Sequence record: PZ295659.1
Strand: one strand, 5' to 3'
DNA: 64,000 nt
From: a phage
Positions 28,047-38,230 of this stretch are shown here, one piece after another. The position numbers were made by a program, and so were the translations under genes. The notes beneath the pieces were generated by a model. The model did not search any database, was not told where the DNA came from, and worked only from the letters and a program-made list of their open reading frames with translations. Positions within the stretch are counted from its first letter, which is position 1. The number at the start of each line of letters is the position of its first letter.

Positions 28047-28517
28047 TTAATCATGTTTCCACACCCCATCGGTATTTGACCAAAGTCGCTGATTATCTGA
28101 TCCTCGCCACAGTTTTTTGGTCGGAAGATTTTTCTCATACTTCCCATCAATAATAACATCAACATATTTAAGCATTTCTAGTTGTTTAATATCTTCAAAC
28201 TTATATCCTGTCCACAACCAAATGCTTTTATTGGGATAAAGATTTTTTACTGTTTGAACAATGCAATGAACAACATCTCGGTTATCAGGATAGAGAGGGT
28301 CTCCTCCAGTTATAGTTAATCCTTCTATATAATCATTATTCAAACATTCAATTAATTGTTCTAGCGTTTCACCAGTGAATGGAACGCCATTTCTAGCATT
28401 CCATGTTGATTTATTATAACACCCTTCGCATTTATGCAAACAACCGGTAACGAAAAGAACGACCCTGCAACCAGGGCCATTCACAAAATCACAGGGATAA
28501 AATCTATCATAATTCAT
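28047..28517 (-). CDS. nrdG: anaerobic ribonucleotide reductase activating protein NrdG (radical SAM)
   Basis: 156 aa; CX3CX2C-like GCRVVLFVTGCLHKCEGC; syntenic with nrdD. Confidence 0.9.
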   Translation of the reverse strand: MNYDRFYPCDFVNGPGCRVVLFVTGCLHKCEGCYNKSTWNARNGVPFTGETLEQLIECLNNDYIEGLTITGGDPLYPDNRDVVHCIVQTVKNLYPNKSIWLWTGYKFEDIKQLEMLKYVDVIIDGKYEKNLPTKKLWRGSDNQRLWSNTDGVWKHD

Positions 28518-30331
28518 TGGTGTTTAACCCTATGCATGATTTCTTTATTTTTGCCGAGATTAAATCCACGTTCGTTCGGATTTCCAAGATAACCGCATGT
28601 TCTTCTTATGGTGTTCATCTTTTTAGGATCAGTTTCTCCACAAATAGAACAAACAAATCCGTTTTCAGTAGGAGTCATTTCATGGGTACTTCCACACGTA
28701 AAACATTTATCTACTGGCATATTAACACCAAAATAATCTAAATGTTGCGCAGCATAATCCCATACAGCCTCAAGACCTTTTAGGTTATTTTTCATATCAG
28801 GAAGTTCAACATAAGAAATGTGACCGCCAGTCGCAATGAAATGATATGGGGCTTCGCGAGAAATCTTTTCAAACGGAGTAATATTTTCTTCTACTGAAAC
28901 ATGGAAACTATTAGTGTACCATCCTTTATCAGTAACATCTTTTACACTTCCATATTTTTCAGTATCGAGTTTACAGAAGCGATAGCACAGGTTTTCAGCA
29001 GGAGTAGAATACAAGCTAAAAGCAAAACCGGTTCTTTCAGTCCACTGCTTAAGACGAGCATTCATTTTAGTTAAAATTTCTTGTCCAATATCACGACCGA
29101 CAAGAATATTCAATTCGTGAATACCAATGTATCCTAGGGACACTGAACTTCTACCGTTTTTAAATAACTCAATTATGTCGTCGTCAGGTTTAAGACGAAC
29201 CCCGAATGCACCTTCTTGGTAAAGAATAGGAGCAACAGTCGCTTTAACTCCTTTTAAGGAACTAATTCTACACATCAAAGCTTCAAAACATAAATCCATT
29301 CGTTCATTGAACAATTCGGTAAATTTCTGTTCATTGAACTGTGTTCCAATATAAGAATCTAACGCAATACGAGGAAGATTCAGTGTTACAACACCAAGAT
29401 TATTACGTCCATCAAGAATTTCATTACCAGTCGAATCTTTCCATACACTCAAGAAACTACGACAACCCATTGGAGAAACAGGAATAGATGAACCGGTGAT
29501 AGCTTTATTATTCTTAACTGAAATAATATCAGGATACATTCTTTTGCTTGCACACTCTAGAGCAAGCTGCTTAATATCATAGTTCGGGTCGTCTTTATAA
29601 AGATTGACACCCTCTTCAACGAACATAACAAGTTTAGGGAAAATAGGAGTTATTCCATCACGACCAAGGCCTTTAATACGGTTTTTAAGAATTGCCTTCT
29701 GAATAATTCGTTCAGTCCAGTCAGTTCCAGTACCAAATGTAATTGTTACAAAAGGCGTTTGCCCGTTTGAACTAAAGAGAGTATTTACTTCGTATTCATA
29801 CGCTTGGAATGCATCGTATACGTCTTTTTCTGTTTTAGATTGGGCATAATTCAACGCATCAGCGATTTGCCATTTTTCTGCATCCTCAATATGTTTTGCA
29901 TAGGTGCGTTTAACATAAGGAGAAAGTACTTTATCTACATTCGCAAAAGTCGTTCCGCCATATTGATGGGAAGCAACCTGTGCAGTAATTTGTGCCATAA
30001 TTGCAGTAGCAACGCCGATTGATTTAGGAGTTTCAATCTGTGCATTACCTAGCTTAAATCCGTTTTCAAGCATTCCTTTTAAATCTACTAAACAGCAATT
30101 AGTAAATGGAAGAGCAGGGGAATAATCAATATCATGGAAATGGATAATTCCGCTTTCATGTGCTTTCATAATAAAAGACGGGACCATATTTTTGGCAATG
30201 TGCTTAGACACAATACCAGCCATAAGGTCCCGTTGAGTTGGAAAAACACGAGAATCTTTATTAGCATTCTCGTTCAAAAGATCTTTATTAGTTTTATGAA
30301 TTAATCCTTCAATTTCTTTTTCAATTTTCAT
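28514..30331 (-). CDS. nrdD: anaerobic ribonucleoside-triphosphate reductase NrdD
   Basis: 605 aa; C-terminal glycyl-radical motif RRTCGYLGNP; colinear with T4 NrdD. Confidence 0.95.
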   Translation of the reverse strand: MKIEKEIEGLIHKTNKDLLNENANKDSRVFPTQRDLMAGIVSKHIAKNMVPSFIMKAHESGIIHFHDIDYSPALPFTNCCLVDLKGMLENGFKLGNAQIETPKSIGVATAIMAQITAQVASHQYGGTTFANVDKVLSPYVKRTYAKHIEDAEKWQIADALNYAQSKTEKDVYDAFQAYEYEVNTLFSSNGQTPFVTITFGTGTDWTERIIQKAILKNRIKGLGRDGITPIFPKLVMFVEEGVNLYKDDPNYDIKQLALECASKRMYPDIISVKNNKAITGSSIPVSPMGCRSFLSVWKDSTGNEILDGRNNLGVVTLNLPRIALDSYIGTQFNEQKFTELFNERMDLCFEALMCRISSLKGVKATVAPILYQEGAFGVRLKPDDDIIELFKNGRSSVSLGYIGIHELNILVGRDIGQEILTKMNARLKQWTERTGFAFSLYSTPAENLCYRFCKLDTEKYGSVKDVTDKGWYTNSFHVSVEENITPFEKISREAPYHFIATGGHISYVELPDMKNNLKGLEAVWDYAAQHLDYFGVNMPVDKCFTCGSTHEMTPTENGFVCSICGETDPKKMNTIRRTCGYLGNPNERGFNLGKNKEIMHRVKHQ

Positions 30332-30801
30332 TTTAAACTCTTTCTAAGCTGCTTTTTGAATGAAGCTATTAATTGTGTTTTGGTATCAGATTCATTATAT
30401 TCAAATCCTCTTTGAAGCATCTCAGCCATCATTTCCTCTTTACCTAGTCTTGAGAACTCTTTAGTTTTGTCTGGAACAAAATTAGGATGGATATTATTAT
30501 CAGAATAATCTTGTTTCAAATAAGCAAGAAGAGCTTCAAGCCATTCGAGGTAGTCGACATCACGTCCTTTAAGACCGGAACGGTTGAACTTATGCTTCAT
30601 TTGACCTTCTGCTGCGTTGCACAGATTACAGAGTAACCCACGAACTCTACCTGCTTTTGGCCCGTTTAATTCGTGGTCGTGGTCAAGATGGTTACCTTGA
30701 ACATCAGGGTCTAATTCACGGTGGCAAATAGGACACTTACCATTCTGTGCATCATAAAATTTTTGTTTTTCTTCTTTATATTTTGTGCCTGATAATAACA
30801 T
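30328..30801 (-). CDS. 49: endonuclease VII (Holliday junction resolvase) gp49
   Basis: 157 aa; CPICHRELDPDVQGNHLDHDHELNGPKAGRVRGLLCNLCN as in T4 endo VII. Confidence 0.95.
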   Translation of the reverse strand: MLLSGTKYKEEKQKFYDAQNGKCPICHRELDPDVQGNHLDHDHELNGPKAGRVRGLLCNLCNAAEGQMKHKFNRSGLKGRDVDYLEWLEALLAYLKQDYSDNNIHPNFVPDKTKEFSRLGKEEMMAEMLQRGFEYNESDTKTQLIASFKKQLRKSLK

Positions 30802-30836
30802 GATAAACCCTTACCTTAAATAGATAAGGGTATTTA

Positions 30837-31247
30837 TTAACTTAAACGTCTTTCTAAATATTCAATGTATTCTGCGGCTGCTTGCATCAGGTTACCTTCA
30901 TAGCCGTCGTTATTTTCTTGTCCGGCTAATTTAGCTAATGCATAAGAAATTCGTTCACCTTCGAATTCACCAAGTTTACTGCCACAAACTACTTGATCAA
31001 TTTCTTCGAGTTCATCTATTGAATTGGATTCCCAGAAACACCAAAAACCAATATCACGGTCGTGAATGCAAAGTTTCTCGCCGGTAGACAACATCACTTC
31101 AACGATGCCGCCGTCAAGGTCAGCCGTTGTTGAAATACCAATTACCTTGATTATTGTTCCTTTCTTTAATTCAGGAAACTTGACTTGTAGTTCTTCATCT
31201 TCTTTAACAATCTTGAACCATTTACCGCGAGTTTCAGAAATATTCAT
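30837..31247 (-). CDS. hypothetical protein (syntenic with T4 pin region)
   Basis: Track ORF trimmed to ATG 31247 (MNISETRGKW...). Confidence 0.45.
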   Translation of the reverse strand: MNISETRGKWFKIVKEDEELQVKFPELKKGTIIKVIGISTTADLDGGIVEVMLSTGEKLCIHDRDIGFWCFWESNSIDELEEIDQVVCGSKLGEFEGERISYALAKLAGQENNDGYEGNLMQAAAEYIEYLERRLS

Positions 31248-31248
31248 A

Positions 31249-31446
31249 TCAATATTCTCTATAAAAGTTACGATGAGAACGTTTAGCTTTGCGAAGCTGA
31301 CGTTTAGTAGGACGAACTGTAAACGGTTGTCCAGAGAAAAAATTCGGATCGGTTTTAATAAGCAAATACCAATCATGCTTGCCATTTTTTAATAAACGGT
31401 ACAATAATTTAACTTGCATAATAATCTCTTCCCATTTCCATATCAA
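31249..31446 (-). CDS. hypothetical small basic protein (VRPTKRQ motif family)
   Basis: C-terminus FTVRPTKRQLRKAKRSHRNFYREY, paralogous to 3254..3466. Confidence 0.45.
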   Translation of the reverse strand: MIWKWEEIIMQVKLLYRLLKNGKHDWYLLIKTDPNFFSGQPFTVRPTKRQLRKAKRSHRNFYREY

Positions 31447-31547
31447 TTAATTCATTTATTGAAGGTTCATCATAACATGGTTCTTCGTAGTTGTAAACCG
31501 TTTCGACGTCTGGCTCGACAGTTTCCCATCGAGCCGAATACCATGGT

Positions 31548-31904
31548 TTAACCCCGGAGTTTATTGAGCTCTTCATAATCAATCCAGGATTCTAGCCCTG
31601 ATGGCAAATCAGATTCAACATCCCACAGAAGCTCTTCAATGGCTTGCAGGCGATTATATTCTTCAACGGTAATGGTAACCATTGGTGCAACCGGTTCCGC
31701 CTTTTTAACCATCATATCGTTCATCAGGACGTAAAGGTCATCACGAACGACAGTGTCGTTCCAACCCCATGATTTGGCTTCGTAAGCTAACGATGAAGGG
31801 AGCACATTTAAAACTTCAATAATAGTTGGAGCATCAGGACCAAGTTCATTGGCACAAACTTCGTATACATCTTGGAAATCTTTAAGATTTAATGAATATG
31901 TCAT
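31548..31904 (-). CDS. hypothetical protein
   Basis: 118-aa ORF. Confidence 0.5.
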   Translation of the reverse strand: MTYSLNLKDFQDVYEVCANELGPDAPTIIEVLNVLPSSLAYEAKSWGWNDTVVRDDLYVLMNDMMVKKAEPVAPMVTITVEEYNRLQAIEELLWDVESDLPSGLESWIDYEELNKLRG

Positions 31905-32164
31905 TTAAAATATTCTCGTAGTTGGTCAAATCCACCAATGTGACTTCCGTCAGGAGCAAACACTTGAGGCATAGTCAATCCGACTTGTGATTCACGTCCA
32001 AGCTTAACCAGAAGCTCAGCAATTTTCTCATCATCGAACACACCTTTTTCTGGCATAACATTAATGAATTCGAATGGCTGTTTCTTAACAGTCAGCAATC
32101 GTTTCGCATTATCGCAATAAATGCATTTATGAATAGTAGAGTCATACCCGTACACTTTAAACAT
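31901..32164 (-). CDS. nrdC: thioredoxin/glutaredoxin NrdC
   Basis: MFKVYGYDSTIHKCIYCDNAKRLL... CIYC redox motif, matches T4 NrdC. Confidence 0.9.
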   Translation of the reverse strand: MFKVYGYDSTIHKCIYCDNAKRLLTVKKQPFEFINVMPEKGVFDDEKIAELLVKLGRESQVGLTMPQVFAPDGSHIGGFDQLREYFK

Positions 32165-32570
32165 TATTTTTCCTTTCATCAATTAAATATGCAACGCCAA
32201 ATACAATACATGTAATAAAACCTGTGATACAGATAGAAACCAACAACACTGTACCAAAGAACCAAATCAAGTTATCTTTAGTAGTTTGTTTGATATCCAT
32301 CTCACGAATTTCTATAGCTATCGTATCACCTTTATTCAGAAGCGTATAAAACGATGGCGATACACGCCTGTCAAAAACTCGTCCTTGTTCATCTTTATAA
32401 ACTGCAATAAATTCCAATTTAGAATATTTTCCTGTAGATTGACCTGAAATTAACTCCACTACCTCCACAGGAATTACTTTAGTTTCCATGTAAGTATTCT
32501 GGCTGTTCCAAATGAATGGAATGATGGCAAAAACTAAAGCTGCAATAAAACAACGAAGGCTATATCTCAT
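32157..32570 (-). CDS. membrane protein
   Basis: 137 aa with N- and C-terminal TM helices. Confidence 0.5.
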   Translation of the reverse strand: MRYSLRCFIAALVFAIIPFIWNSQNTYMETKVIPVEVVELISGQSTGKYSKLEFIAVYKDEQGRVFDRRVSPSFYTLLNKGDTIAIEIREMDIKQTTKDNLIWFFGTVLLVSICITGFITCIVFGVAYLIDERKNNV

Positions 32571-32875
32571 TATAATGTTCTCTCAAATTTGTGGAAGCAT
32601 TTACGGCATTTCAATTTCAAGTTATCAGTTGTCCAGTTAACCAGTTGGACTTGGATAGTTCCACATTCCGGGCATGGATGTTTTGCTGCCGATTTGGCAG
32701 CATTTTCACGTCGTTCAACCATTTTCATTATTTCGTTCCATGCCGGAGGAACGAACTCTTCTTCACCGTGGATTTTATCTCGCTGAACAAATTCAATCTT
32801 TGAACTATCGTCAATAAACTTAACCAAGCTGTGATTAGTGCTCATGTCAATATCCTCTAAAAGACGTAGTTTCAT
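32570..32875 (-). CDS. zinc-ribbon protein
   Basis: 101 aa; CPECG...CRKC. Confidence 0.5.
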   Translation of the reverse strand: MKLRLLEDIDMSTNHSLVKFIDDSSKIEFVQRDKIHGEEEFVPPAWNEIMKMVERRENAAKSAAKHPCPECGTIQVQLVNWTTDNLKLKCRKCFHKFERTL

Positions 32876-33825
32876 TATAAAACCTCAATTGCATTTCGTA
32901 AACCATCCGCTTTTGCATTCAGAGCTTTTAACGATTTAGTTTGTTCTGCAATCTGGGCTTCGACTTCTTTCAGACGAGATTTGAGATATTCGCGTTCTTC
33001 TCTTAAGTTATCAACTTTTTCTGCTTTAGGCTCTTTAATAGGCTTAGGCTTATACTCGTTAGGGTTCTTCAACTTAATTTGAATGCGAGAACTGTATAAC
33101 ATTGAACCATTATCTTCGGTTTCATCATACATTTCTACCACGTCCATGATTCTTAACATCATGCGAAGTTTATAAGACAGCGAACGAATGGTTTTGTTGC
33201 GCTTATTAATTTCTTCGGCTTTCATGGTACCGAGATTACGTGAGTAGTAATAAGGAACCTGGATATCAATTGACAATGATGCGTTACCATTACCAGTTGG
33301 TTTGAATACTGCAGTAACCCAATCTTTAACATGAACTTTATTTGTACGACCATCACCGCCTGTGAATAATTTACGTGAATGTTTAAAAAGCATATTCACT
33401 TGGTTATTGAATTCACAAGCAAATTTATCAGCGAATTTAGTTTCAGGAATGGTAGATAACCAATCAGCCAAATGAGTCTTTTTAACATCGTTAATAATAG
33501 TAAATTCAACCAAATCAGTTTTAGATGTCACAGATTTAATAAAGCTCGGCTTCATAAAGTTTTTAATGTTATCACGAGCTACAGTAGAAGATAATAAACG
33601 AGAACGTTTAAACCATTGAAGCAGCGTCCCTAATGAATGAGAATACGCATTCTGAGTATCTTTACAGATATGATTTTCTTGGCCTGTGTATGTACCAAAA
33701 TCGCGAAGAATACCACTTACTACAACTCGGTGTGGAACATCAAATCCTAGTGCACCAGTAGCGCGCTGAGCATGAACGTTAGCGATAAGACCTGCAAAAT
33801 AATCAATGTAATGTGAACGTGTCAT
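32875..33825 (-). CDS. hypothetical protein with C-terminal coiled coil
   Basis: 316-aa ORF; own promoter 33850-33883. Confidence 0.55.
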   Translation of the reverse strand: MTRSHYIDYFAGLIANVHAQRATGALGFDVPHRVVVSGILRDFGTYTGQENHICKDTQNAYSHSLGTLLQWFKRSRLLSSTVARDNIKNFMKPSFIKSVTSKTDLVEFTIINDVKKTHLADWLSTIPETKFADKFACEFNNQVNMLFKHSRKLFTGGDGRTNKVHVKDWVTAVFKPTGNGNASLSIDIQVPYYYSRNLGTMKAEEINKRNKTIRSLSYKLRMMLRIMDVVEMYDETEDNGSMLYSSRIQIKLKNPNEYKPKPIKEPKAEKVDNLREEREYLKSRLKEVEAQIAEQTKSLKALNAKADGLRNAIEVL

Positions 33826-33849
33826 AATATTTTCCTCTCGTTAAGATAG

Positions 33850-33883
33850 ATTCATTATACTCCAACCATCCTTGGTTGTAAAC
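33850..33883 (-). promoter_or_regulatory. early promoter GTTTAC-18-TATAAT with internal inverted repeat
   Basis: minus CAGTTTACAACCAAGGATGGTTGGAGTATAATGAATC; similar element at 34845-34876. Confidence 0.5.
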
Positions 33884-33887
33884 TGAT

Positions 33888-34820
33888 TTATGATTTTAAT
33901 GCATTCATTGCGTTAAAAAGTTTAGAGTACTGCAACTGGAGCTTGGTAACTACTTGTTGAGCATCATGAAGCTTAGCTTGTGCTTTGTCAAGTTCAACAG
34001 ACAGTTGGTCCACAGTGGCTTTGATTTGATTATAATAGTAATCTTCTGCAGGAAGAAGACCGTTAGAGATTTCCAGTTTAGACGACGGTGTACCGTTAAA
34101 CATAACAGGTTGTGCTGAAGCTGAATTAATCTTACCGATAGTCGGGGCGACAATAATTGACGCTTCAAACGTTGCATTTTCCTTTTTAAGATTTTTATAA
34201 TATTCAGAGTCTTTGTGCCACCATGGCGCAGGAACCTTTTTACCAATAGATACACGAGCCTGGATAGCGATATGGCCCTTATTCTTGATAGGGTCGATAA
34301 TATTAAGCTCACGAGAATAAATTGCTTTAATCTGGTGGATATTATCACCTAACACTTCCAACGCTTGGTGGAATACACGAGCAACGTTATCATTCTTAGG
34401 TTTATACGTAAGAGTGAACTCGTTCTCACTGATAACCATGATTTCTAACTTATCGTAAGTATATTTCAAATGTTTCATGTTAATTGCTTGAGGACGAATA
34501 CGAGAAGCAATGGCCATCAGATTGTTAAGGTTATTCCGGAACTGCTTAGCGAAATATTGTCCTTCACCACCAATACAAAAATTACGAAGTTTCTGTTTGG
34601 CTAATAAACGGCTGAACTCACCATTTTTAATGAACTCTTTAACGGGTGTGTTAGTAACGCATTCAAATTGAGTAAACTTACGAGAAGTAATCCCATAATA
34701 TGAACAGATTTCCTCAATCTCTTCAGGAGTCTTTACAGGCATACGGATAGGATTAGGACCTGGGGTATATGCGTTAGAGGTAAATTCTTTGATAAGTTCT
34801 CTACGTGTAATAGAAGCCAT
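33888..34820 (-). CDS. hypothetical protein with C-terminal coiled coil
   Basis: 310-aa ORF. Confidence 0.55.
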   Translation of the reverse strand: MASITRRELIKEFTSNAYTPGPNPIRMPVKTPEEIEEICSYYGITSRKFTQFECVTNTPVKEFIKNGEFSRLLAKQKLRNFCIGGEGQYFAKQFRNNLNNLMAIASRIRPQAINMKHLKYTYDKLEIMVISENEFTLTYKPKNDNVARVFHQALEVLGDNIHQIKAIYSRELNIIDPIKNKGHIAIQARVSIGKKVPAPWWHKDSEYYKNLKKENATFEASIIVAPTIGKINSASAQPVMFNGTPSSKLEISNGLLPAEDYYYNQIKATVDQLSVELDKAQAKLHDAQQVVTKLQLQYSKLFNAMNALKS

Positions 34821-34844
34821 TTTATATTCCTCATGTTGAAAAAT

Positions 34845-34876
34845 TTATTATACTCCAACCATCCTTGGTTGTACAT
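34845..34876 (-). promoter_or_regulatory. early promoter, second copy of CCAAGGATGGTTGG type
   Basis: ttatactccaaccatccttggttgtaca shared with 33850-33883. Confidence 0.45.
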
Positions 34877-35871
34877 CATTCCTTAAGAAGTTTTACTACT
34901 TGAATAAGATTAGCTCGTTCTGTTTTATTTTTACCATTTAAGCCTGCTAATCGTGAGATTTCATCGTCAGTTTGTTGAATAGTTACATTAAGTTCGTTAA
35001 TCAAAGCTTCAAAGTATTTGATTTGCTCAGCATGTTTTGATTCAAATTTCTGAACCGGAATAACGTCTTGGTTTAGTTCATCAATAAGGTCTTTAAGAGC
35101 ATCTTCTTGGTTGATGTCATATTCAACTTCTTTTATTTCTTCAACGAGCTCGTCTTTATATCTAACGTCTTTTAGTCCTGGTGCTGGTCCTGAAATCTCT
35201 TCTTTAAGAGTACAAACATATCCAATACGATATCCAATGCCGTCTCGCTTGATAACAACTTCGTCAATAAATCCACAATGTTTAAGACCAGAGCCGATTA
35301 AGTCAAAATATCCTTGACGTCGTCCTTCAAACGTTACACGAACTACTAAGACAGTTTTACCTGCAACCTTTTGAAGCTCACATTTATAAAAGTCTGTTGA
35401 ACCTGAATAACGTGGATGAGTTTTAAAGTTCATCTGACGATCTAGGCCCATTTGTAAGCGTGCTGATACGGCCATAAAACGTGTTTGGTTCTCGTTAAGA
35501 TGAGCAACAATCCATTTCAAAGGCATTTTACCTTGTTCACGACCGAACAAATCAGTATATCCTAGATTACGCAGGATGTTGTTAGAGTTAATCATCGACA
35601 GAACGTTAAGTTTATTCAGCGCGCTGAAGATTCCATCAGCCATTGATTTTCCGTAACCTTTACACGCTTTAATAAGCGCTCGCGGTAGATTAGTATAGAT
35701 TTCAGACGGCATATGAAAATCAAATTTACTAGTCAGTAATTGATGGACTTGGATAGCAATTTGCTCATAATTAAGTGCTCTGCGATCATTATGGTCTTTA
35801 AACCACACTTTAATCTGTGAAGCACATAAACCGTTAATTTCATGTTTTACCGCATCAGATGTAATGCTCAT
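34876..35871 (-). CDS. hypothetical protein with C-terminal coiled coil
   Basis: 331-aa ORF. Confidence 0.55.
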   Translation of the reverse strand: MSITSDAVKHEINGLCASQIKVWFKDHNDRRALNYEQIAIQVHQLLTSKFDFHMPSEIYTNLPRALIKACKGYGKSMADGIFSALNKLNVLSMINSNNILRNLGYTDLFGREQGKMPLKWIVAHLNENQTRFMAVSARLQMGLDRQMNFKTHPRYSGSTDFYKCELQKVAGKTVLVVRVTFEGRRQGYFDLIGSGLKHCGFIDEVVIKRDGIGYRIGYVCTLKEEISGPAPGLKDVRYKDELVEEIKEVEYDINQEDALKDLIDELNQDVIPVQKFESKHAEQIKYFEALINELNVTIQQTDDEISRLAGLNGKNKTERANLIQVVKLLKE

Positions 35872-35933
35872 AACTATTTCCTCAGATTGAATTGGAACTC
35901 AAAACCATTATAACCCGTCCTTGGGTAAAGCGT

Positions 35934-36461
35934 TTATGCGTGAACCGTCTTTAAACGTTCTTCAAATTTCCGAAGAGTACTAATACGTTCTGCTTTCTGT
36001 TTTGTATAGTTTGCAATACGTTCTGAAGTGAGAGCGTATCGTTCGTTTACTGTTTCTTTCATGAAGTCAGGGATTTCACGAGAAGCTTTAATTTCATCAA
36101 ACTTATCGAGTACTGCCTGGTCTTCAGCGATTAAATTTTCATACATCTCGATATCTTTCTTGATAAACTCGATATCTTCCTGGGTTACTTTGGATAAACG
36201 AGATGCTTTATCCTTTTTGTACTGCTCGTTAGTTTCACGAGACCAGAATAATGTACGTTTTTTGTTAGTGTTTTTGTAGACTTCCACAATTCCAACTGAA
36301 TCGATGATAGCAATCCAATTCCAGCGAGATTTGAAAATCTGACCTCCGTCCACGGTAATCTCGTTACCATAAGCAATGTCATTAAAGAACTTGCTTTGTG
36401 CTTCAGATTTAAATTTACCGTCGTTATAATTTACCAGGTTGAAAATATCTTTAGCGTTCAT
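35934..36461 (-). CDS. hypothetical protein
   Basis: 175-aa ORF. Confidence 0.5.
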   Translation of the reverse strand: MNAKDIFNLVNYNDGKFKSEAQSKFFNDIAYGNEITVDGGQIFKSRWNWIAIIDSVGIVEVYKNTNKKRTLFWSRETNEQYKKDKASRLSKVTQEDIEFIKKDIEMYENLIAEDQAVLDKFDEIKASREIPDFMKETVNERYALTSERIANYTKQKAERISTLRKFEERLKTVHA

Positions 36462-36475
36462 GTTTTACCTCCAGT

Positions 36476-36517
36476 AGTTGATAGGTCTATAATAACATAA
36501 CCATAGACCTTGTAAAC
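36476..36517 (-). promoter_or_regulatory. early promoter stem-loop (PeSL)
   Basis: plus gtaaac 36512-36517; inverted repeat ataggtctat...atagacct around TATTAT -10; GGAGGT SD. Confidence 0.5.
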
Positions 36518-36519
36518 AA

Positions 36520-36807
36520 CTAAAAGAAACTTTTTTCGGTATTTTTTCCACTGAACCAAACCGATTTCGGAATTTTCTGTGATTTTTCAGATTTAAGTTT
36601 CTCTTCCTGTTCTTTCTTATATGCATCCTTGTCGTACTGGAACAACTCTAGGGCATTCTTTTGTAGACGGTCTAAGGTAATTAAGGCTTTAGTTTTTCCT
36701 TTCAAGGAAGAGTCCTGGCGAACCTCCTCGCTATATTGCATCGTAGAACTAACCATACGATGAGCATAGAGTTCTACTGCGGCTTTAATTTTTTGCATAA
36801 AATCCAT
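36520..36807 (-). CDS. hypothetical protein
   Basis: 95-aa ORF. Confidence 0.45.
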   Translation of the reverse strand: MDFMQKIKAAVELYAHRMVSSTMQYSEEVRQDSSLKGKTKALITLDRLQKNALELFQYDKDAYKKEQEEKLKSEKSQKIPKSVWFSGKNTEKSFF

Positions 36808-36945
36808 AACATATCCTCTTTGATTTGTACATCATTATTTTTAAATATTTCTATGCCCTCAGTAGGTTCCTGGTGTCCTTCTTTGAGGTAAGCCATATGA
36901 TTATTCATCTTTATGGCTTTTGTTACCTCAGAACTTCCTATAAGC

Positions 36946-37947
36946 TTATTTCAGTAAAGTAACTTCAGAGATTTCCTCCCAACCATCTTTATCAGTTGAA
37001 ATAAAATCTGCTACATAAAGAGCCGTACGTAATGATACATTGCGAAGACGAGATACGTTAGCCTTCATCCAGGACAATGCTTTATACGTTTCTGCATCTG
37101 TCAGACCACGTTTCTGCATCATGTCAGTAGATAATATTACATCTTCAACTCGAACCATAATCTCTTCATTAGAGTGTACTCCAAGGTCGAGATACACTGA
37201 ACGAGATACTAAAGCTTGAAGGTGTGGGGCAAGTTTCGAACCGCGTTCTAACTCTTTATCGATATCAACGTTTGTAATGAAAACGATAGTACCTTCAAAC
37301 TCAAATTCTTTATCAATACCCTTATCATCGAGATAAGATGACGCAGTGCTCCAGCAAACTTTGCGTTTATCTCCGGTATCTAATGCTGCTTTAAGAAGGT
37401 TCAAGATGTCCATATCTGAGAATACGTCAACGTCGTCGATTAAGAGAACGCTGTCTGCATCACGGTTGAGCCAAAGTTGTTCGTAAAGACCAATACCAGA
37501 GATTTTACCATTAATGCTTTTGTATTTGATGAAACCGTTATCATTAGCATTATTAAGCGCTTTATCCAGAGAATACGTCTTACCAATACCTGCTGCACCT
37601 GAAATAATGAGTGAACGAATTTTGCCATCGATAATGCCATTCGTCATCATGTTCATTACTTTAAAGCGTTTGTTGATACGAGTTTTCATATCTTCAGTGC
37701 TTTCAACAACTGCAACTGGTGATGTCTCAGCTCCTTCCATTATGATGTCTGATTTGAAGACCCATACTCCACGTTCAGAACCATCGATCATAACGAAAAT
37801 TTTACCGTCACCTAAGTGGGAACATTCAGGATTAAGCTTTGCCGGGAACCATGTCTTTGTGGCAACATAAGAACCAGAGATTTCGTTATTACGATAGATA
37901 CCTTTTTTGATTTGAACGTTGAACATTTTATTCTCCAATTTACTCAT
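36946..37947 (-). CDS. P-loop ATPase (AAA-like)
   Basis: 333 aa; Walker A ISGAAGIGKT, Walker B-like VLLIDDVD. Confidence 0.55.
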   Translation of the reverse strand: MSKLENKMFNVQIKKGIYRNNEISGSYVATKTWFPAKLNPECSHLGDGKIFVMIDGSERGVWVFKSDIIMEGAETSPVAVVESTEDMKTRINKRFKVMNMMTNGIIDGKIRSLIISGAAGIGKTYSLDKALNNANDNGFIKYKSINGKISGIGLYEQLWLNRDADSVLLIDDVDVFSDMDILNLLKAALDTGDKRKVCWSTASSYLDDKGIDKEFEFEGTIVFITNVDIDKELERGSKLAPHLQALVSRSVYLDLGVHSNEEIMVRVEDVILSTDMMQKRGLTDAETYKALSWMKANVSRLRNVSLRTALYVADFISTDKDGWEEISEVTLLK

Positions 37948-37954
37948 TTCGTTT

Positions 37955-37993
37955 CGATAGGTCTATAATAACATGTTTAAAGCAAAAGTAAAC
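37955..37993 (-). promoter_or_regulatory. early promoter stem-loop (PeSL)
   Basis: cgataggtctataataacat...gtaaac (37988-37993). Confidence 0.5.
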
Positions 37994-37995
37994 AA

Positions 37996-38214
37996 TTATT
38001 TGCGACGAGATTTTTTGGTAAGAGGTTGAAAGAACACTGCTTTACCTGCAGGAGTCAAAGTAACTCGTAATGCATTACCGATTCCCAAGGATGCTTTAAC
38101 AAGACCTTTAGATTTCAGTTCACCGAATGCTTGACGTTGGTCTGCATCACGAGTGTTAACCATAAGACCTTTATCACCAGCTTCACGAATCATTTCTAAC
38201 ATTTTGGTTTTCAT
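37996..38214 (-). CDS. hypothetical small protein
   Basis: Track ORF trimmed to ATG 38214 (GAGGAG SD) so it no longer overlaps its promoter. Confidence 0.45.
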   Translation of the reverse strand: MKTKMLEMIREAGDKGLMVNTRDADQRQAFGELKSKGLVKASLGIGNALRVTLTPAGKAVFFQPLTKKSRRK

Positions 38215-38230
38215 TTTGTTCTCCTCTTGT

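Noticed and set aside
33950-34348. Same-strand alternative-frame ORF (132 aa)
   Set aside because: Nested inside the 310-aa gene in a different frame, Leu/Ser/Arg-rich translation typical of out-of-frame reading
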